Part shown: in pieces, positions 54,257 to 64,000 of the stretch
Position numbering within the stretch: position 1 is the stretch's first letter
How the letters are laid out: every line of letters begins with the position of its first letter
Assembly (NCBI RefSeq): GCF_006345805.1
Contig: NC_043002.1
Location: forward strand, 27,280,001 to 27,344,000
Origin: Octopus sinensis
Taxonomy: Eukaryota
Reading direction: 5' to 3'
Length of the DNA stretch: 64,000 nt
Notes under the pieces: generated by a model
What the model was told of the DNA's origin: nothing
Seen by the model: the letters and a program-made list of their open reading frames with translations, nothing else
The model's database searches: none
Translations under genes and position numbers: made by a program

Positions 54257-54784
54257 TATTATATATATATATGCATATGCGTGTCTGTGTGTGCATCTCC
54301 GTGCTTGTGTATATGTGCATATGCATGTATGTATGTATATATTTATGTATGTATGTGCCTATGTATATATGTATATATATATGAATATTTGAGAGGAAGT
54401 TTATTCATTTATTTCAGATTTTTACAAGCTAATATTTATAGAGTTGGAATGCAGTAAATCAGTCGTATTCCACTTACGATTTGAAAGTTAAAGTTTAAAA
54501 GATCAACATCAAATAGAAATAAAAAGGAAAGCCATTATATCTAACATCAGAACTCGGTTATGACGATTTCTCACAGAAGCTCACAATCAGTGTTCTTTTA
54601 TGAGTTAAAGATTGATACAAGTATATTGCTGTGCCTGATAGATTTATGAGGTTAAAATCATGTACGTTTCTAAATCATTCACAGCTTTAATAAAACCTGC
54701 TCGTTTTATCCACTCAATATGAGGAATTTCAAGTACAACTAAGGTGCATTTCCTTATAGATATCGATAATAATTAGATATGATA

Positions 54785-55390
54785 TTGGGTTATTCGGAAA
54801 GTTCATGCCGATTTATAGTAGCTTACCTTTCGACTTATTTTAGAACATGATTGATTCCATAAAATAGGATTTGAGTACCCCTCCATTTGGAGCACATTTT
54901 AAGCTATCTTTCCATGGAAGAAGGTTTATGTTCCTGTAACCTGTGTTAATTGTGTAGCCCTTTAAAATGGAAGATAAGAAAGTTCGTTTTCGGCACTTGA
55001 TGCTTTGGGAACCAGACAAAAATTGCTACAGCTCGGGTGGGATGAGTTACCTCCACCCTCCATATTCACCAGATATTGCTCCTTTGAATTTCCACTTATT
55101 CAGGTCTCTGATTTCCACTTATTCAGGTCTCTGGATCTCCACTTATTCAGGTCTCAGTTTTAATGGTAAAAATTTCAATTCTTTGGATGACGTAAAAAGT
55201 TACCTTGACGAAGTTTTTGCCATGAATCTACCACAATTCTGGGAAGAGGGTATTTTCAAGATAAAGGAAAGATGGAGACGCATTGTGCAACAAAATGGTT
55301 CATATTTGGTTGATTAAAAATGTAATGGCAAGTATTTATTGATCTTTTTCTTACCTTTAAAAATCGGCACAAACTTTTCGGACAACTCAA
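54785..55390 (+). mobile_element. Internally deleted mariner (DD34D-type) element
   Basis: TA-flanked ~29-bp TIRs ttgggttattcggaaagttcatgccgattt / aaatcggcacaaacttttcggacaactcaa; HPPYSPDIAP..FHLFRSL, RWRRIVQQNGSY. Confidence 0.9.
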
Positions 55391-55774
55391 TATTATAAGT
55401 ATAGTATTATGCTCTAGAAATAATTTCGTTTTGCTTTCGAGTTTGTCCCTTCACGTTTTGAGTTCAAATCCCAACGTGTATAACTTCAGCATAGAACCGT
55501 CTGGGCTCGTAAAAAATTAAATGTTAGTCAACACAAAAGTTGAGATAGTAAAGCGTCCTTAGTCACCAGTTTCTAATCTTGTGCTTCTGAAAAGAAAATT
55601 TTGTGTTTCTTTTTTTCAATAAAACAAAATAACAGATTTTTAAAGATAGGTTAAATGACATCGATTGACTTCTGCACTTCTTTAACCACTCATGATAATG
55701 ACGATGATTTACAGAATGTAAGAGCACACATGATTAAGGGAAGATGATTTTTGATAGTTTGTTCAATTATGTAT

Positions 55775-55776
55775 AT

Positions 55777-55850
<74 letters not shown>

Positions 55851-55990
55851 TATGATGATAATAATAATAATAACAATAATAATAATAATTATTATTATTA
55901 TTATTATTATTATTATCATTATTATTATTATTATTATTATCATCATCATCATCATCTTCATCATCATCATCGTCATCATCATCATCACCA
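55775..55990. repeat. (AAT)n-(ATT)n-(ATC)n compound, partly self-complementary microsatellite
   Basis: Direct reading. Confidence 0.95.
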
Positions 55991-55994
55991 TAGT

Positions 55995-56930
55995 AGACTT
56001 CGCATAGTATGCAATATCGTGAGGTTGTTGATTGAAGATACTGTATCTACCGGGGGTTTGTACTGTTTGTCAAGTCAAAAGAAGAACCTCAGACAGACAG
56101 TACTTTATGCAATATGCATGCAGTTCCAAGTAATGCGACTTTTGTAATACACCTAGATTGTAAGGTATTACACATAGATTGTAAAGTTTTCGGGTGTTTT
56201 TTCAGATTGGGTGGTGTTGAACCCCATACTCCAATGAGAATAGGAATAATCATTATTTTATTACAGACGCCACGCAGTATATAATATCGTGAGGTTGTTG
56301 ATCGAAAATATTGTGCCTACCAGGGGTTTGTACTGTCTGTCAAGTCACAACAAGGGCCTCAGATAGACAGTACTTTACGCATTATTCGTGAAGTTGCAAG
56401 TAATGCGGACTTTTGCAATAAATCCAGATTGTAGGGGAGTTTTCAGATTATTTTCAGATTGGATGGTATTGAACCTAATGCTCCGACGACAATATAGATA
56501 ACCTTTATGTTCGACTCTCGTAGCTGCCACACCTTAGCGATCTCAATTCTCAGGTCTCCATGTTTATCAACTTTTTCTCTTTCTTTCGTGATGTTGATCT
56601 CCAGACATTGCTACGTCGATTATTAGGTACTCTTGTTTGTCCTCCTAAATGTTACTATATCCGGCCTTCGGTGATCTAGCACTGTGTCTGTTTGAAAATC
56701 AAAGTTCCAGAGGATTTTTGCCTTTCCCTTTTCGTCCATTGCCTTTTCCGGTGTATGTTGGTACCAAGCACCCGTAATCTCATATCCATACTTACGGTAT
56801 AGTAGCCAGCGGAGGTTTTGGGTTACTTTGTCGTGCCTACGCTTGTACTCTTTCTCCGGAAGAATTTCACAAGCACTAACAACGTGAGTCACACTTTCGA
56901 CCTTCTTCCCACATAGACCTCTGGCTTAAA
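55995..56930 (-). mobile_element. R4/Dong-like LINE 3' end plus a second diverged tandem 3' end
   Basis: HVVSAC..RRHDKV, ILWNFDFQTD..RRPDIV, IVVGALGSIP, LLQKSALLATSRIMRKVLSI*; second copy VALLGTACILHKVLSV*. Confidence 0.88.
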
Positions 56931-57009
56931 ATCAGAAACAGATGGTTTATCATAATAATTTAGCCTTACCTAGATGTAAACAACAACACAACAACATCAT
57001 CACAACCAA

Positions 57010-57380
57010 CAATAATACACATTGGCCAATGTAAAGGTCGGATGGTTACAGCTGGAGCACATGTTGTCCATTTCGTCAGATATGAACTGCACCAGAGCAA
57101 CAACTATTGTTCACGTTGGTTAATGTTATCTTTGTTATGCCTATCTAGTTTTAGATACCTTCAAATACGTGCTGGATGTTTCACAGCTAGAATGCTTTCG
57201 ATCAATCCTGCACTCGGTTGAAACTGGTTTGGAACAAGCAGCAATAACTCTCAGCCCTCACACGTGCCTTGGCAATTAGCCATCTTCATATTGTTAACAT
57301 GTGTATCATCACTAAATGTTCCATTTCCCTGTAATCATGTTTTTGCTATGGACCTGCAGACTGCCCTTGTTGAGCCAGAA
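57010..57380 (-). pseudogene. Possible very old CR1-like RT relic
   Basis: FSDDT motif and a degenerate CSQLW-like segment. Confidence 0.3.
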
Positions 57381-58329
57381 AATAAATAAAAATTAATATT
57401 ATTTTCTTGGGCAAGTCTAGTACTTGAATCCATAGTTGCAGGAATGAATCTTCCTTATTAATATTCTATAATTATAGCTGTGAATTTATTTTATCTCGCA
57501 GGTCACATTGAAGCGATCTGTTTTGATTCAAAATGTTCATATGTGTAGTGATATCTGTGATTAAATATGCAATATGAGAAACATTGGTGTATTATTTCTA
57601 TATTGACCACACAGACACTCTTTGAGCCACTTAATGATAGCATAAATATTTTTTACTTCAGTATTACTGAAATTGAGACCCTACTTCATAATGAAGCAGT
57701 ATGGCAAGAATTAATGTTAAATATATCCAAACTTGTAACAAATAGAGTTTGAGTGACATCGTCAAAAACTTTCTATTTCAATATTATAAGAATTGGTATC
57801 ACAAGATTTGTCTGAGCGAGAGTTAATTATCTCCCCATGAGTGAATTATAGAATGATTTGACATCATATAACATTTTGATTAAGGTATTGGAAGACGTGA
57901 TCCTCTGAGAGTGTCTCAATAAGTGTTAGATATCTTCCCGCAGACACAGTTATGTTGCAACGTGGTCTTGTAATTAACTTCACATATTCGATTTCGTTGA
58001 TAAACTAAATTTCATTCCAACTGAATTCATAAGTATTTGTGTAACCATGTGTCCCCTAATTAAAATATTTCAACATCAGAAATCTAACATAGCTATTTGG
58101 TTAAGAGTTTCACTAAGCAAGTAAATTGTCAGCTGTTCGATGCAATGCACTGCACGTTGGAGTACTCTCTTCGATAAGCCATGTGTACGCATATATGTGT
58201 GTATATGAGTCAATGTCTCTCCATGTATGTTCGTATAGGTATCTATGATCATGAGCTGAACACACTAATAATTGAGTCACTCTTCTTCACCCACTATTGA
58301 CACTGAATAGTTTTTAGCAGTTCTATTCC

Positions 58330-58565
58330 GATATGTGTTCGCATAAAATTTTCTCCTTTCTGTTTTTGACAAGCCTAATTTCTCAAGATTGGTATTTAAG
58401 TACTGTGATACATATCGCAGTGCCCCGATAATTAAAGATATAAAGCTGAACTTGTAATTTGGATAGGGTAACTGCAGCTTCCTCCATAGTTCAACGTAGG
58501 TATACTCTTTTTCCCTGATCTTCAGCTTTATGTTAACATCGGATGGGCAGCTAATTTCCACTACT
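58330..58565 (-). mobile_element. REL-endonuclease C-terminal fragment of an R2-group LINE
   Basis: VVEISCPSDVNI..IREKEYTY..FISLIIGALRY..LEKLGLS. Confidence 0.75.
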
Positions 58566-58847
58566 CTACATATACATGCATATATGTATGAATGAATGTA
58601 TGTATGCATACTCACTCGCATACATGTGTAGCTTTTACAGGAACTAATGGGTAAAAGACCATCAAATTGTTTGAGGAATCAGCAGATGATTCTTGAAGGT
58701 GGAGGTTGGACAGGAGGTGTGAAAATGAGAGTGCTACAAGTTGGGACTTGATCAGCTTCATCTACGTTTCCATCGTTTGGACTAATTTGTGTATGAATAT
58801 GTGACCATCGTTATGGTAAAATCTAGTATGTCGCAGTTTCTATTATA

Positions 58848-59195
58848 ATGATTAAATACGCCAAAATCTTCATCTTCAGGATTCAAAACATATCTCAACT
58901 TGAATATCTCAATCTCACCATCGTTAAACTTCAAGTGAACAAGATCGCTTTATCGTTAGATCAAAAGCAGAATACGCACATATTTTCGTCATTATGGTTC
59001 AAAATATTATATGAATTTCCTCTTCCCTTTGCCATGATAAAAAAAGACAATGGAAATTATCTATTTGCACATATAGTTACTAGTCAACACCAGCACCCGA
59101 TGGCAATGTTTCATTGACTTCGACCTGACTATACTGAACCGGGCGCCGATTCATCACAAAATTAACTTCCAACTTCCATCAGTAATCATTTCCTG
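58848..59195 (+). other. Candidate coding segment with MATH/TRAF-like motif order and strong donor CTG|gtgagt
   Basis: KIFIFRIQNISQL, DNGNYLFAHI, and in a shifted frame WQCFIDFDLTILN...SW. Confidence 0.25.
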
Positions 59196-59848
59196 GTGAG
59201 TGTACTATAAATTAAAATAGTATCTTTCTCAGGGATATGGCACTCCTCCCAGTCAAATAATTAAGCAGTAACCTAACGAACGCTAAGTCGACGCACTTTC
59301 ATACCTATCAGTATTTAACAAATTTTCACTGATTTCATCGCATCTAAACAATGATTTCAATATTCCTATGGGATGAATTAAATCAAATTCGTTTCTGTCT
59401 ATAGTATAATATAAAATACATTTTCACGTTCTCCATCGGTATGATTGACTATCACATAATAGTTTGCACTTCACTGTAGTTAAGAAGAAAGTCAGTTGAA
59501 CTAGAGAATTCCCACCCAGTTACATGTAGGAGCACGAACAGGTAAATAGCTTATAGCTAAGGTTGAAATTAATTTAATTGTTTACTTGAAGAATGAACTG
59601 AATGCCAAGTGAGACCAATGTAGAGTATATTCATTTTGAATATATTCATTTGTAATATGCATACACACATACGCGTACACACATACAAACACATACACAC
59701 ACATACACGCATACACACACACACATATATAACGTTTAAGGAGAGACATAAATGATAATATATGTGCCTTTATATAGTATATTATATTATATGGTATATA
59801 TAATATATATTATATTGCATGGTATATATAATATAGGTACATACGTAT

Positions 59849-59910
<62 letters not shown>

Positions 59911-60029
59911 AGAGACAGACAGACAGACAGAGAGAGCGTGAGAGAGAGAGAAATAGATAGATATGATGTATATATTATATCCAATCTAAATATATGCATG
60001 CATATATGTGAGTATATATATATATATAA

Positions 60030-60079
<50 letters not shown>

Positions 60080-60955
60080 CATATATATAGGCATAGATAT
60101 AGACATAAATATATACGTTTATATATGTTTGTATATGAATGTGTAAGCGCACGTGTTTACATCTGCATACAGGGGAGAAATAAACAACAAAACAATTTTC
60201 AGATGTCATTCCATTAGCATTTACACTGAACAAAAATATATCTGAAAGTCATCATATCAGAAAGACGTCTTCTACTCAAACGGTGACAATCTAAATCTTG
60301 GATCACCATTCGATAAAATTTCCAAGTGCGTTTAACAGATGAATACTGGTCGATTCCTCTGTCATGTGCTTCCGTTTTACATCATTCCAATGATATTTGA
60401 TTTTTTTTTTATTTTGTACAGCTATTGATCCCATCTGCTCTTAAGTAAATCGATTACTGTGGAGAAAACTAACTATGGAAACGTACATTCCTCTAGGAAT
60501 TGCGTTTCCCGTGATAATTTATCATGTATCCCAGAGTGCAGTATGACAGAGCGAAATGTCTAAAACAGCATGAATGATCTTAATTTAATGTCTCCTTTGT
60601 AAATACGATGCACATACATGCATACATACATACATACATAAATAGGCACACATACACACACATAAGTGCACACGCAACAACAGATACGTTCGTGTGTATG
60701 TGTGTGTAGGAGAGAGAGAGAGAGTGAAAGTATTATGTGTTGCGTGTGTGTATGCGCGCGCAGCTAAACATATGTGTATCGCATTACACACACACAAACA
60801 CAGATATATATATATATATTATATATATATATACATATATATATATATACACGCACGCACACACATAAACACCAATGCGCACGCACATACACACACGCGC
60901 ACGCACACACACACACACACATACACACACACACACACACACCACACACATATAT

Positions 60956-61003
<48 letters not shown>

Positions 61004-61010
61004 ATACGTA

Positions 61011-61140
61011 CGATGGGGTGCTGAAAAGTTCTTGGCTTTAAGGGTCTGATGAAAGGAGTGAATGGAAGCCCGACTATTTGAGTTCTTTTACAGAGCTTAG
61101 AAAACTGAAAGGCCAGTGCAATAAGTGTGCGAATCCCTCT
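61011..61140 (+). mobile_element. Mariner-type MITE fragment, one TIR
   Basis: TA-cgatggggtgctgaaaagttcttggcttt. Confidence 0.6.
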
Positions 61141-61504
61141 CTATATACAATTCTTTTTCTGTCTGTCAGTCCCTTCCCTATCTATTCTCAAACGGCTCCA
61201 CCGAATAAAATCAAATTTTACAAGGTAATAGTATTACACCCTGCGTGTGTTAACATGTAGTTTTGATTTTCATTTGGATTAAAACAATGTAACTTTTTCT
61301 CGAAAATAATCTTACTATAGTCAACTGTAGTAATGGACAGTTTATACTATGACGATGACGACGGCGTCACAATTTGTATGTGAAAGTGTATGTGTCTGTC
61401 AGCGCGTGCGTTTGCGTGTTCGTTACGTACGACATAGTAAAGGACATATACACTCTGACATAACATGTCAGAGTGTACACGTGTGTGAGTGTATGTGTGA
61501 TTGT

Positions 61505-62060
61505 CAATTACACTGATGTAAACTGGTTATGTGAAAGTATTATACTGGCTCCAACTAATGAAGTGGTTGATAAACCCATTCATAAACTTCAGAATTTAAC
61601 AGATACATCGGAAATGACTTTTCCATCAATTTACACAGTACCCGATCAAGATCAGGCTGTTCAATACCCTGTTGAATTTCGTTTCTAAAAACACTTAAAC
61701 CCAAAGGAATGCCACCGCATAACTTGTCACTAAAGCTGAATGCTCCCATTATGTTGCTTAGGAATCTTGACCCACCTCGCCTATGTAATGGAAATCGCTT
61801 AATTGTTACTTCTATGAAATCTCATGTCATACAGGCAACAGTCATAACAAGTAGTCACAGAGAAGAAAATGTCTTTATTCCAAAATTTCCTCTCATATAT
61901 TCTATCTGATTATAAGACGCTTCAGTTTCCAGTCAAACTAAGGTTTAGTATTTCAATTAACAAATTTCAAGGTAGTTAGACTTCATCTCTCTACTACATG
62001 CTTCTCCCACGGCCAATTCGATGTTGGTTGCTGACAATTTGGAAGTAGCCACAATTTATT
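61505..62060 (+). pseudogene. Helitron Pif1-like helicase fragment
   Basis: WLCESIILAPTN, DQAVQYPVEF, GMPPHNLSLK..PIMLLRNLDPPRLCNG, VFIPKFPL; frameshifted. Confidence 0.9.
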
Positions 62061-63799
62061 CATTTAAACACGAACACAAAAATTAGATGGCTTGAAATCC
62101 AAGGCTGAAGAGCTAATATATGCCCATCGTAGGGGTTTTACCTGCACTCACACTGACACACATTTACAGGCACAAAGTTAGTAATAATGAATGCACACCA
62201 TCATACATACTCTGCCAGATAAAAAATATAAATACATATATACATAATACAAATAAAAATATAAAAATATATAAATATATACAAAAATACACATAAAATA
62301 TTCATAAAAATTCATTTAATAAATATACACAAATATACATGTACATACACAATACAAAATACACCCACACAACTTCACATACTTTATTGGATGGCCTTTG
62401 ACTCTTCTGAGTTTTTCCGCCCTTTGACGGGTCTTATTTTTTATCCCTTCTGACCAAGTAAGCCCTGTGGAACTCCACTCATTATTTGTATTTCCTTGTA
62501 GGTGGACCCGTTGACCACCACTACCTAACTTTTATCTTTTAGAAAATCATGAAGCTATTCTCCAAGTTTTCCAACCATGCCAAGATTAGCAGCTTGTGAC
62601 AAACCACACCATGGTCGACTTTGAAAAGGATTTGGCAAAATAGAGATATATCATGTCCATAACAATAACAATACCAAAGAATCAAGGGTGGTAATATAAT
62701 GCCAGACAATGGATTAAGTGCAAAATGATGAACTGGTGTACTCCATCGTACACAACCCAGAAATTATTAATCGACCCTAATTTCACTAACATAGCAAAGG
62801 TCAAATCTCAGTAAAAATGCCGAGCATTATGAATGAACCCGGTAACTACGAGTAGAATATGCAACCTAACAGCCGTACTTACTGCGCTCGTACACCAAAA
62901 TTTTCCAATTAATGAACAAGGAAACATACATAGTTTTTAATGTGTATTTGCCACAATTACCCTGGAGATTAAAAGAATAAGCTTTCCAGACTCTTAACAG
63001 TTTGATGGAACAGGACCCGTGCTGTTTCATTTATAACTTAGAGGGTTCTTAAATTTTAATACGATCGGGATTTTATTGAATGCTAAAGGTTATTCACAAC
63101 ATAAATATCGAATAATGAAAAAGAAATAAAACGCTGTTATCGATTAAGACTTTTTCCCTCTCATAAAAGAGTAAATAACTTCGAAATAAGTCTTAAATTG
63201 AATTGACGTAAATTACGAAAAAAAAACGATAACTTAACACGAAGCTTGGAATATAGCTTAGAAGTATTGTTTTAAAATTGATTTTGAATATTTCAAGAAA
63301 GCGTACAGTGTAATCCACAAAGTAGTTGAACATTTAGTAACAAAGAGATTAGATATTATTATTCACTTTTCGAATATATAAATAGATTACTGAAATTACT
63401 TTTTTATTGTTAATATCGTTGATGATGATGTTTAGCTCAAAGTCAACCACTACTGACTAATTACAACCGCAACTATTCATTAGTGTCTGCAAATATATTG
63501 TAGATAGGATTTCATCAAACAATATGTCGATGTTTCTTTTAAGACAGTAGAGTTGGATGTAAGACTACCATCTGCAGCAGATGAAGGAAGTTGACATATT
63601 TTTTAAAATGTGTATTTCATTTAATGCCATTTTAGTTTCTATCCTTATGTCGGGAAGTGTTCGTGGTTGCATGACAGCAACATGTATAAGCCTAAAGTAA
63701 TTGCTCCTAACTGAGGCCGAAGCTAGCAGTTTTCGAGAGGAAGGGCAAATCGATACTATTAACAAGCTTTCTGTCCTCTAAGTCCAGAACTTCAGTGCT

Positions 63800-63915
63800 T
63801 TTTTTTTATTTCAGCAACATCAGAAAAATGACTAGTAAAGTTGAATTCCGCGAGATTTGAACTCAGATCGTAAAGAGGCGGAAGATATAGCGCAAAGAAT
63901 TATGTCCGACGCAAA
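63800..63915 (-). mobile_element. Degenerate SINE family C fragment
   Basis: aaagttgaattccgcgagatttgaactcagatcgtaaag. Confidence 0.55.
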
Positions 63916-64000
63916 TTCATGCCTTGGTTGTTCCCCTATTTTAATACACCATCATAAGAGGCATAACTATTCAGGCTGATGGCACTGACGAGGTGATCAA

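Noticed and set aside
63984-64000. CTGACGA at the window end
   Set aside because: Truncated by the window boundary; cannot be evaluated.

Overview
AT-rich, microsatellite-dense eukaryotic DNA. The SINE/LINE complement looks like an octopus (cephalopod) genome; this is an inference. No complete protein-coding gene, rRNA, tRNA gene or CRISPR array is supported. Most ORF-track hits are microsatellite artefacts or decayed transposon ORFs: Tc1/mariner/maT, Chapaev-type, Helitron helicase, R4/Dong-like REL LINEs, CR1-type and RTE LINEs, and Penelope-like elements (PLE). The most striking unannotated signal is a set of minimal type-I hammerhead ribozyme (HHR) motifs (CTGANGA...GAAA-palindrome-UH) in the first ~36 kb. 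Several sit inside short, mutually dissimilar inverted-repeat or foldback units (414-1135, 6946-7460, 8650-9087, 16058-16405, 28848-29274, 31055-31343), and one is split by a Chapaev insertion. Other items of note: a near-perfect 1.4-kb inverted duplication, a SINE/LINE shared 3' stem-loop with a compensatory change, and a few candidate host exons. All calls were made by eye; some boundaries are approximate.
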